64,000 bases of DNA from an uncultured Rivularia sp. (GTDB taxonomy: Bacteria > Cyanobacteriota > Cyanobacteriia > Cyanobacteriales > Nostocaceae), in the NCBI GenBank assembly GCA_963665115.1, contig OY762007.1, positions 4,960,001-5,024,000 of the forward strand. Reading direction: 5' to 3'. Shown piece by piece: positions 17,815 to 28,718 of this stretch (position 1 is the first letter of the stretch; the number at the start of each line of letters is the position of its first letter). The position numbers were made by a program, and so were the translations under genes. The notes below the pieces were generated by a model. It did no database searches. It saw only the letters and a program-made list of their open reading frames with translations, and was not told the DNA's origin.

Positions 17815-18810
17815 TTAAGCGCCTTTATATTTAAGAATAAAAATCACACCTATCAACCCTGCTAAAAGTAATATCCAAGCACCACTGGCTATTTGAGTCA
17901 CCTTTTTCGCTTGGATGTTTTTTAGCCAACCAGTTGGGCGTAAATCTTGAAGTACAAGAGTGGCGATCGCCGCTAAGTTTAAACTGGCAATGTTGGCTGT
18001 AACTAGCAGCATTGCTCCTAAAGCAGGTTCCCATTCACCGGAACCCATCAACATTCCCCAGGTAACTAAGGGTGGTAGTAAAGCAACCGAAACCATTACT
18101 CCAACAATTGAACTGATTTCACCAGCAGTCAAGGAAATAGCAGCAGCAGCACCGGAAGCAAGAGCAACAACAATATCGGGTAAAGTTAATTTGGTTCGGA
18201 TGGCTATTTCTGGTAAATCTGGACTGACGGGAAACAGTAAACCGATTAAAATCGAAAAAGCAATCGGTACAAAAACTCCGATTATTCCAACTCTTATAGT
18301 TTTTAGAGCTAAGGATAAATCTCCTAAGATAGTGGCTACCGCTAATGCCATATTCGGTTTTAGTAACGGTGCTATTACCATTGCGCCAATTATTACCACT
18401 TCACTGCCACGTACCAAACCAACAGCAGCAATGCTCGAAGATATTAACAATAAAGAAATTTGCGTCCAAGAGAAATGAACGCTTGTCGCTACGTTAGTGT
18501 AAATTTCTTCGCGGTTAATCCGAGTTGGTGCCTCTGGTAAACCAACTGAATTCTCAGATGATTCAAGTCGAGGTAAAGAAGCTTCTACTGGCAGTATCAG
18601 TAATCTAAAGCTTTCTACATGAGTAAATTGCTTAACTAAACAATCAACCAGCGGTTCTACTTCTCCACTTGAAAGCAATATTTTAAATAAAAGCTGATGA
18701 TTTTCTAATTTTTTTTGCCAAACTTCATCATAAGAATATTCGGCGATTAATTCCTCAAATCGTTCACCTTTTTCCTGTGGGAGATAAACCTCAACTAAAC
18801 GTAGATTCAT
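17815..18810 (-). CDS. TIGR00341/DUF389-type membrane protein
   Basis: IAAVGL...S.VVIIGAMVIAPLL.P, VALASGAA, VGVMVSVALLPP. Confidence 0.85.
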   Translation of the reverse strand: MNLRLVEVYLPQEKGERFEELIAEYSYDEVWQKKLENHQLLFKILLSSGEVEPLVDCLVKQFTHVESFRLLILPVEASLPRLESSENSVGLPEAPTRINREEIYTNVATSVHFSWTQISLLLISSSIAAVGLVRGSEVVIIGAMVIAPLLKPNMALAVATILGDLSLALKTIRVGIIGVFVPIAFSILIGLLFPVSPDLPEIAIRTKLTLPDIVVALASGAAAAISLTAGEISSIVGVMVSVALLPPLVTWGMLMGSGEWEPALGAMLLVTANIASLNLAAIATLVLQDLRPTGWLKNIQAKKVTQIASGAWILLLAGLIGVIFILKYKGA

Positions 18811-19285
18811 GTGCGGCGTTTTGTGGGAAAGTTTTTTAATGCTAATTATTCAGCGTAGCCGATTCTAATAGGAAAAGCTTGTCAAACTTATTACGCTGTG
18901 GGTATGAGTTTAATTTATTCCTTTTTATTGTTATTGTTTTGGATGCATTTTTAAATACATTTACTATTCCGTATGAATAAGTGTAAACTGCCGTAGTTTC
19001 TTAAAATATATATATTTTTTTTAATTTTGTACAACTTTTGACTTGAAATTATAAATATATCAAGAATTAATCTGAGAAGTTTGTTTTCTTAGGTGATTTT
19101 TGAAAAAGAAATTACCAGCTAAAGTGGTTGAGTCAATATATCCCATTTGGGTAAGAGTGGATTTCGCTGTAATCGAGACTCGACTTGTTTCATAGCTTTC
19201 TTTGATAGAGAAATACCTTTTTGGTAAACAGTTTTGCTTAAATTCAAGATAGGATTTATCCCTTTTCTGTTAGGTAAATTAATTT

Positions 19286-19534
19286 ATGCCACATACGCAC
19301 TTGTTACATACGCAACTGATTGAGACAATCAAGGCGAAAGATATAGAAAAAGTTCATGATTGTATTTCCCAAGGAGTCAACGTTAATTATGTGAATAATA
19401 CGTGTACATCAAGTGCAATAGAAGAGGCTACGCGAGTAGGTAGTATCGAAATTGTTGATTTGCTTATTAATTACAAAGCAGATCCAAATACAGCAGTTTT
19501 GAGGTTTATGAGGTACAGCAACAACAATTTATAA
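19286..19534 (+). pseudogene. Truncated ankyrin-repeat gene
   Basis: GVNVNY...A...G.IEIVDLLINYKADPN, then the frame runs into a MITE-like repeat at 19489. Confidence 0.65.
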
Positions 19535-19744
19535 ACCAATTTGTTAGATGTTGTGGATTAATTAATTGCAATGCGATTTTAATTAAACCATCAACTACCG
19601 ATGCATTTTTTGGAGAGAATTGTTTAAGAAAAGCTTTTACAGCCCTTTGCAGCTCAATGAGGTACAAAGCTATATTCCGAAAGTCTTGTGGGATAGGCAT
19701 CCCTGCCCGTCAGAATGTACTTCACCAAAACTAAATATGCTGTA
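19489..19744. mobile_element. MITE-like element(s) with TACAGC...GAGGTACA / TGTACTTCAC...GCTGTA ends
   Basis: Imperfect terminal inverted repeats at 19489-19517 and 19716-19744, a second left end at 19638-19666; same end motifs at 44039-44154. Confidence 0.6.
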
Positions 19745-19815
19745 AATTTGTTAGTAGCTGTAGGCTTGATTCTCAAATAAAGCTTTTAAAGCTTACTACA
19801 AAAGAAAACAGAAAA

Positions 19816-20949
19816 ATGTCTATCACTGCGCTTATCTTTAATAATTATCCAGAACAAAATAATACTGAACTTCATGAGGCAATTTCTGCTAACGATTTGC
19901 AGGAAGTAAAAAAATTGCTTGCAGGAGGTGCCAACGTTCATCATATTGGCGATTGGGGATGTACGCCACTTGAACATACTTCTCAATTAGGTTTTTTAGA
20001 AATTGTAAATGTTCTGTTACAAGCAGGAGCTAATCCAGAATTTGGGGTTAGCACATACCCCCTTAGTTTCGCTATTGAAATAGGACAATTAGATATTGTA
20101 TCTCTACTAATTGAAGCTGGTGTTAATGTTAATCAAAAACTTGAAAATAATCATACTTTCTTGATGGAAGCTGCAATCAGTAGTAATCTTGATATTGTGA
20201 CATTTTTAGTTGAGATGGGTGCTAATGTCAATGTGATTAGAGAAGATGGTGCAACTGCCTTAATGTGCGCTGCAATGACAGGTCAACTTGATATATTTAA
20301 ATACCTAGTTCCATTAACTTTCCCTGAACTAAGAGAAAAAGCATCTCAAAAATTATCAAATGGTTTGCTCTACCGGCAAAGAAAAGACGATAAATTAACT
20401 GAAGCATTTATTTTTGCATCTGGGCAAGGTCAAACTGATGTGTTAAGAGAAGCTATTTATAAAGGTATAAATGTTAATGCTACTGACTCATATGGTAATA
20501 CTGCCCTATGTCTTGCAGCTTATTGGGGAAAGCTGGATACAGTACGTATCTTATTAAAATCTGGAGCTAACTTAGAACAGAAAGATGAACAAAATGCTTG
20601 GACTCCTCTAATTGCTGCAATTCGTTTAGGGCAATTTGAAATAGTTAAACTATTAATAGAATCAGGTGCAAATATTCATACGATATATAAAGGTAAAACA
20701 AGCTTAGTGTTTGCTATAAATTACGCAGTTAATAAGAAAATTTTTGGAACTAGCCTATTTCCTGAAACATCTTTTCGGCATATTGAAATTATTAAATTTT
20801 TGATAGAAAAAGGTGTTGATGTAAATATTAAAGACGAATTTGGAATGACAGCTTTTATGATAGCAAAACAAAATAAAAAGACAGAAATTATTGAGTTGAT
20901 TCAAAAGATGAGTACCAAGAATAAGAAGATATCATATAATACACACTAG
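19816..20949 (+). CDS. Ankyrin-repeat protein
   Basis: About 9 repeats of G.TPL..A...G..EIV..LL..GA.VN. Confidence 0.9.
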   Translation: MSITALIFNNYPEQNNTELHEAISANDLQEVKKLLAGGANVHHIGDWGCTPLEHTSQLGFLEIVNVLLQAGANPEFGVSTYPLSFAIEIGQLDIVSLLIEAGVNVNQKLENNHTFLMEAAISSNLDIVTFLVEMGANVNVIREDGATALMCAAMTGQLDIFKYLVPLTFPELREKASQKLSNGLLYRQRKDDKLTEAFIFASGQGQTDVLREAIYKGINVNATDSYGNTALCLAAYWGKLDTVRILLKSGANLEQKDEQNAWTPLIAAIRLGQFEIVKLLIESGANIHTIYKGKTSLVFAINYAVNKKIFGTSLFPETSFRHIEIIKFLIEKGVDVNIKDEFGMTAFMIAKQNKKTEIIELIQKMSTKNKKISYNTH

Positions 20950-20950
20950 G

Positions 20951-21370
20951 TTGAATTGGGGAAGATTAACTACTACCAAAGATGTCAGAACTGGTGCAAC
21001 TAGTACTAAAAAATACGATGCAGGTGGTAGAGTAACCGAAGAAATCGACCCATTGGGAATGTTTACCAAATATCTATACAACACCAACGACGGTAAACTA
21101 CAGCAAACCCAAGCCGGAAAATATCAACTGAATGCTGATGGAAAAGTTATTCTTGATGCTGACAATAACCCCGTAGTTGACACAAACGTAGAAATAAGAA
21201 CTTGGAATTACGAGTATAACGGTACAAACACCACAGTAATTAACCCTATCGGATGCAGAACAACTTCCGTTACTGAAGATTATTACCTCCCCACAGAAAC
21301 CATTTACCAATTGCGTAACGGGTAAATTTACAGCGAGAAAGCAGAATATCTCTACGACAATAACCTCTAA
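20951..21370 (+). pseudogene. RHS/YD-repeat protein fragment
   Basis: YDAGGRVTEEIDPLG..T.Y.Y, YEYNG..T.VINP.G..T; no proper start; stops at 21325 and 21370. Confidence 0.7.
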
Positions 21371-21669
21371 GAAGCCAAAGATTATCTCACAAAAATTTCG
21401 GTAAATTCTTTCTTAGAAATCGCCTTAACAGTTTTTTTTTAATCGGCTTCATTTTATAGAGATAACTTCATCCTCTTTTCAGGGAACTTACCCTTGGAAA
21501 TATATATTTTTAAAAGTTACAACATACATATAATAAATAACTAATTTCTCACTTTGATTTTGTAAGTCCTATTTGTAATACAAATTTAGCCTAATTAAAG
21601 CTTGAACTAAAAGCAGCATTTATTTGTTGTTATTCAGTGCTGAAATTTTAACAAAAAGGTATATATTAT

Positions 21670-22410
21670 ATGCGATTCTCTCTATGGATGATACCAATAT
21701 CATTATTGATAAGCACTTGCGGTCAATTTTTTCAAATTAATCCCTCTTCGGCAGAATTACCAGTCGAATATAAAGTTGCTCAAGTCAAAACTAGTCCAAC
21801 TTTATTAGCACGAGCAAGCTACCTCTCGCAGTTAGAAAAAGAGGTAATTATTGAGATGAATAAAGTGCGGGAAAATCCTCAGTCATATATCCCAATTTTA
21901 AAAAAGTATAAAAAACGTTTTCAAGGGAACAAAGTAAAAATTGGTAAGCGCAAATATATGCTGACGAGAGAAGGAGTTGCAGTAGTTGATGAAACAATTG
22001 CATTTCTCTATAAACAGCAACCTGTTGTCTCATTACGTCCATCTAGAGGAATGTCTTTAGGGGCTAGAGATCATGTAAATGACCAAGGCTCTACGGGTGA
22101 ATATGGTCATTATGGCAGCGATAAAAGCGACCCTTTTACCCGCGTTAATCGTCATGGAAAATGGAGAAAAATTGCAGCAGAAAACATTGCTTACGGTTAC
22201 AGCACTGCTCAAGATATCGTTATGCAGTTAATTATTGATGACGGTATACCCGATCGCGGACATCGAAAGAGTATGTTCAACCCAGAATATAATATTACTG
22301 GAGTCGCTTTCGGAAACCATTCTGTTTACAAAGTAATGTGTGTTATTAATTACGCTGGTGATTATCAAGAATCGGAAGTTTATGTAGGGAATAGGGAAAA
22401 AGGTTCGTAG
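21670..22410 (+). CDS. Secreted CAP/SCP domain protein
   Basis: Signal-like N-terminus, E.NKVR.NP, ARDH..DQ...G..GH.GSD, AENIAYG, DDG.PDRGHR. Confidence 0.9.
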   Translation: MRFSLWMIPISLLISTCGQFFQINPSSAELPVEYKVAQVKTSPTLLARASYLSQLEKEVIIEMNKVRENPQSYIPILKKYKKRFQGNKVKIGKRKYMLTREGVAVVDETIAFLYKQQPVVSLRPSRGMSLGARDHVNDQGSTGEYGHYGSDKSDPFTRVNRHGKWRKIAAENIAYGYSTAQDIVMQLIIDDGIPDRGHRKSMFNPEYNITGVAFGNHSVYKVMCVINYAGDYQESEVYVGNREKGS

Positions 22411-22645
22411 TTGGGCTTTAGCTCTTCCGAATTCAAAATTATGAGGCGAGTCACCGCGCTACTAAGAACTCTTAAAAAAAACCTTGTTAGGGCGCAGAGT
22501 ACACAAAGGAAGAAAAGAGAATTAATTCAAGTAGGTATAAAATTGATGTTTGTAGTGGGAGCGTCTCGCTCCCTATTTATAATTCGCTACGCTAGAAGCT
22601 GCTTATTTACAAGCAGGAAGGAAGATGCTCTTTATCGCTGAAAAA

Positions 22646-24163
22646 CTAAAACAAAATTTCATTCTCTTCAAGCATACTTTCAACATTACTACCAAATATT
22701 CGATTATTCTGACTCAACAAACTATTTTGCTCGTAGGAAATAAACTGCCGTTCAAAAGGAGCATTTGCAGACTTGTTAATGTCTGAAAATAAGTCGAAAT
22801 CTGTACTAAAGCTTTGTGTTATATTTTGCGTTATATATTTGCTACCAGAACTATATGCAAAGCTTTGATTAGAATTTGAATTTAGACTTAAACCGGGGAA
22901 AAAATCGCTAAAATCCGGTAATAAAGGCATATCTGGACTATCATCACCCGATGTTTCCTCTAGAATCTGTCGTATCTGCTCGTTATTAAGGCTAGAATTT
23001 GCACTTAACATTAAAGCTACTACTCCCGCAATATGAGGAGTTGCCATAGATGTACCGCTATAAGATTCATATTGATTATCTGGAAGTGTAGAGTAAATAT
23101 CTACTCCTGGAGCGGTAACATATGTCAAAGCATCTGAACCTGCACGGTTAGAAAAATTAGCCAGACTTTTATCTTCATCTATAGCTCCTACAGCAATTCC
23201 ATATCTATCGGCATAACGAGCCGGATAAAGAGGCATTTGCCCACCACTATTTCCTGCTGCCATCACCACGGCAACTCCTTGCTGGCTAGCGTATTCTACC
23301 GCTGCTGCCACATCAGAACTAGGTAGAGAACCACCCAGTGAAAGATTAATCACATCTGCTCCATTATCTACGGCATAGTAAATACCGTCAGCAACGGCAT
23401 TATTAGAGCCAGAGCCAAAATCATCTAAAACTTTGACTGGCATTATTTGAGCATCGTAAGCAATCCCAGTCACACCAAAACCATTATTTTCTCCGGCGAT
23501 AGTACCAGAAACGTGGGTACCATGCCCATCTACATCCATAGTATTGTTATTATTTCCATCAAAGTTCCAGCCATACAAATCATCTATATATCCATTACCA
23601 TCATCATCCCTTCCGTTACCCGCAATCTCACGGCTATTAGTCCAAATATTATTTTTTAAATCATCGTGATTGCGATCGATACCAGTATCTAACACCGCAA
23701 CTACTACACCCTCACCCGTATATCCTTTTTCCCATACTTCTGGAGCATTTATAGCATCAGCCCCCCAATCATTGCCCCCTTTATCGGGAACATCATCAAA
23801 AGTATCTTCTCCAGCAGCTTCCGCGACTGCTTCTGCTGCATTTGCTAAACCATAGCCATTACTAGAACTATATCCTTCACTATCGGAGGCATAAAAACTA
23901 GTTTTACTAAAATTATTCTTCTGGGAAGATAATTGAATTGTGCTGTCTGTAACTGCGACCTTAGAATTATTTAGGTTAGGTGTTATAGATGATTCAGCCG
24001 TATTCACAAGTGAATCATCAATAGAAGATTCAAAACTACTACGACTTAAAAGGTTGAAATTATTTGGTTTTAAATTATCATTTAACTCATCTATCGAGGT
24101 GATAGAAGTAATATTATGTTTTCTTTCAGGAAACAAATTGCTATCACTAAAATTAGCGTGCAT
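22646..24163 (-). CDS. Subtilisin-like S8 serine peptidase
   Basis: Triad motifs VAVLDTG, HGTHVSG, SGTSMATPH; GAGGT RBS before ATG 24163. Confidence 0.92.
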   Translation of the reverse strand: MHANFSDSNLFPERKHNITSITSIDELNDNLKPNNFNLLSRSSFESSIDDSLVNTAESSITPNLNNSKVAVTDSTIQLSSQKNNFSKTSFYASDSEGYSSSNGYGLANAAEAVAEAAGEDTFDDVPDKGGNDWGADAINAPEVWEKGYTGEGVVVAVLDTGIDRNHDDLKNNIWTNSREIAGNGRDDDGNGYIDDLYGWNFDGNNNNTMDVDGHGTHVSGTIAGENNGFGVTGIAYDAQIMPVKVLDDFGSGSNNAVADGIYYAVDNGADVINLSLGGSLPSSDVAAAVEYASQQGVAVVMAAGNSGGQMPLYPARYADRYGIAVGAIDEDKSLANFSNRAGSDALTYVTAPGVDIYSTLPDNQYESYSGTSMATPHIAGVVALMLSANSSLNNEQIRQILEETSGDDSPDMPLLPDFSDFFPGLSLNSNSNQSFAYSSGSKYITQNITQSFSTDFDLFSDINKSANAPFERQFISYEQNSLLSQNNRIFGSNVESMLEENEILF

Positions 24164-24553
24164 AATCTTATACCTCAAATAGATTAATATATATTTTGAT
24201 GGCAGCATCAATTGTGAAAAATATAAAATAATTCAGATATAAAGCTGCGAAAATTTCTGATTAAATATATTTACTATGAAATTAAAATCAAATTTGCTAA
24301 TTATTTTACAATAGCTTTATTTAATAGGTATTTATTGATATGAATCAAAAACTAATAATAAAAAAAGAATCAAGTTAAACATCTATAGATTATAAAAATG
24401 TATGTTATTAACTTTTAATTTTTGTGAGTGCTTTTGTTTATAAAAATAGCTTTTTAAACAGCTAAAAAGGTTCGTAATAAGCGATTTATTGCTTCATATA
24501 AGAACTAAATCCCTCACTACGAACCCCTTTTATTTTTACCTAATCCCTATTTA

Positions 24554-27500
24554 TTACGTAGAAACCACATTACTAATCGTAGAATCCCAATAGCTAAAGT
24601 TACTACTAATTTCGTTCCAACTTAGTTCTAGAGTTCTAGATTTTAAAGCATTATTATCAGTACTCCAAGGATTTAATAAAGTAAATTTTTGAGTATCAGC
24701 ATTGTAATCGATTAAAGCGTAAGCATGAGAAGCAACAATATTTGATTCTATTCCAGCAGATTTTGAACCAAATCCTATAACTTCACCAGAATTAAACGCA
24801 TCAACTACCTTGTTGAAGCTCAGATATCTACCTAAAGCAGATTTTTCGCCAGTAATATGTTTGAATGCATCGCTTAAATATCCAGCATTACCAATACCGT
24901 TATATGAATTGGTATTATCTTGATTTATCCATCCAGATTCATTAAGTTGAGCATAAGCTTTTTCAGCAAGTGCTACCCATAACTCATTGCTAGCATTGCC
25001 ATGATAATAGCCTGCATTCGCATATACGAAGTTACCAATATTATTAGTTGGTAAATATCTGTCTACAGTTACATAGTCGGCAATTCCTTTATTGTAAAAG
25101 CGGACGGTAAAAGTACCATCTCCATTATCGACAAACATATTTTGAATAGTCTCGGGTGACTGTACTAGAGTTGCACCTAAACCAGCTAAGAAGAAACAAT
25201 TATTGATATAGCCTTGTCTGATATCATCATGACTGATTCCATTTTGGAACAAAGAACCTTGAGCATATTGATAAGTGTGGGAGGTTTCGGGACGCTCGCT
25301 TCCTAAGAACCACTTATTAATTAACTTGTCTAATTGATCGGCGCTACTTCCAGCTTGTAAGTTGCTCGATTTATTTGCAGTGTCACCGTTAATCACTTTA
25401 TTGGACAAAACTGTTACATAGTCTTGCATTCCTAAGTCTGAAGCACTATCAACTATGGTACGTAAGTCTGTAATCTCAGTGGAATCTACAACACCGTTAT
25501 CTTTTGCATCGCGGAGAATTGTAATCATGTCGTTACGATCTAAATTATTGTCTGAAAATAACGACTCACTTAATGCACGTATGCTTGTATCTTGAATATT
25601 CTGTTCAAACCAATTTTGCTCGGGTTGCGCCGGTATAGGAATATAGTTTTCGGGTTGCGGTATGGGAGTTTTATCGATAACTTTGAAAGACTTTTCCCAG
25701 CTATTACTGTAACTATCTGCTTTATCCCGGCTTCTAGCCCATAACACATAATCTCCAGCTTCTAAAGAATTAACACTGTAATCAAAGCCGAACGAACCAT
25801 CTTCATTGCTACGGAATTCCACAGCATCAGCGATATTTTTCCAGCTTTCATCTTCTTTCTTCAACCAAAAATCAACTCTGGTTAAATCATCTATACCGTT
25901 AGCATCAGATACTTTAGTGTTAACAACACGCACACCATCATCAATAGTTTCGATTTCAAATAGAAAATCTGTTGGTGCAGCATTCTTAACATTGAAGTAA
26001 GTTGTTAAAACATTTCCAGAAGCACCGGCTTTATCGTAAGCTGTGGCTTTAAGTTGGTAATCACCTTGTTTCAAGGCATTAATACTGTAATCAAAACTAA
26101 TGGAACCATCCTGATTTTTATTAAAATCAAGAGCGTCTTGAATCTCAATCCATTCGCCATCTTCTTGCTTAAGCTGAAAATCGATTCTTTCTAAATCATC
26201 TTTACCATCTGCATCAAATATTGTTGTATTGTTTAACTCAACTCCTCCATCTATTTGCTTAAGATTAAAGTCGAGTTGACTGGGTGCTGCATTACCGATG
26301 TTAAAAGACTGCTGCCAACTATTACTATAGTTATTTGCTTTATCGCGAGTTCTTGCCCACAATACATAATCACCTTTTTCAAGGGACTCAATACTGTAGT
26401 CAAAGCCAGTGGAACCATCTTCATTGCTTCTAAATTCAACAGCATCGTCAATATTTTGCCAATTTCCACCCTCTTTTTTCAACCAAAAATCAACTCTGCT
26501 GAGATCGGTTACACCATTCGCATCGAATACTCTGGTATCTTTGAGACGAACACCACCACCTTCAATAACTTCGACTTCAAACCGTAAATCAGAAGGGTTA
26601 ATATTCTTAACTTGGAAATAACTTTTTAAAGTTTGACTCGCAGCACCAGCTTTATCGTAAGCCGTGGCTTTAAGTTCATAATTGCCATGTTCTAAGCTAT
26701 CAATGCTGTATTCAAAACCGAATGAACCATCTCCCTTGTCAGTAAAATCGAGCGCGTCATTAATATCAACCCATTCACCACCCTCTTTTTTGTACTGAAA
26801 ATCAACTTTTTCGAGGTCATCTATACCGTTTGCATCATATACGTTTGCATTCTTTAGCTCAATTCCTCCATTTTTAGCCTCGATTGTAAAGTCTAATTTT
26901 GTAGGTGCTAGGTTCTCAAGCTCGGGATTAATAATTTTTTGTACATCAATAGCTTTTCTCCAACCATTGCTTCTCGCGTTAGAATTATCGGTTGCTCTAC
27001 CCCATATATAATATTTGCCTTCTTCAAGATTGCTGATATCGTAGTCGAAACCAATTGAACCATCATCGTTGCTGCTAAAGTCTAGTACCCTACCAGCTTT
27101 TGTCCAATTCCCACCCTGTTTCTTTAGCCAAAAATCAACTTTATTAATGTCATTTACGCCATCAGCATCAAAAATCTTAGTATCTGTAAGCTTAATACCA
27201 CCGTTGATTACCTCTGTATCGAATTGAAATTGAGGTATATAGTTGCTTTTCACATCCAAATTGTAGGAAGTAATAGCATCATCCACTTGATGCACCTGAA
27301 TATGGTATGTACCTATACCTAAAGTCTTATTAATATTTTCATTTCCGATACCATCGGCAGATGAAACTGCAATTTCTGAGCCGTTATCATCTAGTAGTAG
27401 AACATCAACGTCGGCTGATAGATCGTTTAATGCAAGACTAAAATTACTGCGACTGCTGATAGTGAAAGTGTAGTAATCATCAGTATTATTCAAACCCACC

Positions 27501-27583
27501 GTATCTTCGATAGTTTGCCATGTTTGGGTAATATCCAAAGATGTTGAAGAGCCGAAAAGGTTCCCCGCATTATCCATTGACAT
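24554..27583 (-). CDS. PPC domain + five ~100-aa beta-rich repeats + calpain-like C2 cysteine peptidase
   Basis: N-terminal DDYY.F..S.RS.F...L..LSAD.D..L PPC; repeats FDADG..D...VDF.LK..GG.W; catalytic QG...NCFFLA, HAYAL, NPW, ELWVALAEKAYA. Confidence 0.88.
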   Translation of the reverse strand: MSMDNAGNLFGSSTSLDITQTWQTIEDTVGLNNTDDYYTFTISSRSNFSLALNDLSADVDVLLLDDNGSEIAVSSADGIGNENINKTLGIGTYHIQVHQVDDAITSYNLDVKSNYIPQFQFDTEVINGGIKLTDTKIFDADGVNDINKVDFWLKKQGGNWTKAGRVLDFSSNDDGSIGFDYDISNLEEGKYYIWGRATDNSNARSNGWRKAIDVQKIINPELENLAPTKLDFTIEAKNGGIELKNANVYDANGIDDLEKVDFQYKKEGGEWVDINDALDFTDKGDGSFGFEYSIDSLEHGNYELKATAYDKAGAASQTLKSYFQVKNINPSDLRFEVEVIEGGGVRLKDTRVFDANGVTDLSRVDFWLKKEGGNWQNIDDAVEFRSNEDGSTGFDYSIESLEKGDYVLWARTRDKANNYSNSWQQSFNIGNAAPSQLDFNLKQIDGGVELNNTTIFDADGKDDLERIDFQLKQEDGEWIEIQDALDFNKNQDGSISFDYSINALKQGDYQLKATAYDKAGASGNVLTTYFNVKNAAPTDFLFEIETIDDGVRVVNTKVSDANGIDDLTRVDFWLKKEDESWKNIADAVEFRSNEDGSFGFDYSVNSLEAGDYVLWARSRDKADSYSNSWEKSFKVIDKTPIPQPENYIPIPAQPEQNWFEQNIQDTSIRALSESLFSDNNLDRNDMITILRDAKDNGVVDSTEITDLRTIVDSASDLGMQDYVTVLSNKVINGDTANKSSNLQAGSSADQLDKLINKWFLGSERPETSHTYQYAQGSLFQNGISHDDIRQGYINNCFFLAGLGATLVQSPETIQNMFVDNGDGTFTVRFYNKGIADYVTVDRYLPTNNIGNFVYANAGYYHGNASNELWVALAEKAYAQLNESGWINQDNTNSYNGIGNAGYLSDAFKHITGEKSALGRYLSFNKVVDAFNSGEVIGFGSKSAGIESNIVASHAYALIDYNADTQKFTLLNPWSTDNNALKSRTLELSWNEISSNFSYWDSTISNVVST

Positions 27584-28718
27584 AGTAATAGCTGTTTTTT
27601 ATATAAAGTTTGTAAATAACGCCTCGCATAAAAAGAAGCAAGGTAAGGATTTTATATTGGTTTGTAAATTCCTTATCTTTTAGATAGGAACTTCTATAGT
27701 GCTATTTATATTGCCAAAACAGCTAGGGAAAAATTACGTATTAATTAAAAATACAAAAATCTTATATATTACCTAAGCATCGAATTTTTATTGAAATAAA
27801 AGATACAAGTATTCTTCATTGACTTGAATATATTCAGTATTCATTCGATGTCATATAAAGTTATTCAAAACTAGCTTAGTATTTTTTTATATATTACGCT
27901 CTAAGGTTAAACTCCCTAGCAGCAAAGCTTCCAAGAGATTATACTTTTATCTAAAAATATTATCTCTGTAGCAAATATTACTTTAACAACTGATAAAAGT
28001 TGATTTATCATTATCTATGTTTAGCAGTATAGCTTTTGTACTTAAGTAGTAGAAGATAAATAAAATACTCTATTCTATTAATTATTGACTGGAAATAAGT
28101 ATCAGTTCAAAAAATTTACTATATTCAAGGAAAAATAAAACAGATCCGGAAATAATGCGTTCAAAAACTATTTTTTTACTATTCCAGGACGCAAATATAG
28201 CGGGTTTACATTAAGAAGAGATTAACGAGAGCAACACAATTCAAAGCTTTTCCTTACCTTCGCTTTATATTATTTGCTTTGATTCCATATTCCTCTACAC
28301 CTTTCAAATTTCACAAAGCGAAGAGATGATTACAAAACAAAAAGGCATTTGGGAATCGAGAATATACTGAATTCCCCTTCACCAAATGCCAATTATTAAT
28401 TATCAATCAAAAAGTCTCTTCCGTAGTAATCCACTACATTAATTTTGCCGAGTAACACATTTGTAGTGGGAGCGTCTCGCTCCCTATTTATAGCGATTCT
28501 AAATAGAAACCGATTGATTTGTAGTGCGTTAGCGCACTACGGAAATTAATTGGAATGACTATACTCTGCCTTGATTAATACTTTTTCCTTCTACGACTAT
28601 TTAATGCCGCATAACAAGTACGCCTATAACCAAAATAAATATAGATGCTACGCCTTTATTTTAAAAAACGAATCTTGAAAACTATGCTTGATATCTTTTG
28701 CCAGATCGATCGGCGTAC

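Noticed and set aside
22411..22641. Short ORFs over repeat-rich spacers (also 10925-11164, 36263-36469, 41071-41391, 43995-44219)
   Set aside because: Overlap dispersed repeats or real genes and have no recognisable protein features
27600..28700. Long AT-rich intergenic region as a hidden RNA gene or array (also 6470-7090 and 30910-31680)
   Set aside because: Only isolated dispersed repeats; no tRNA, rRNA, riboswitch or periodic structure that I can support
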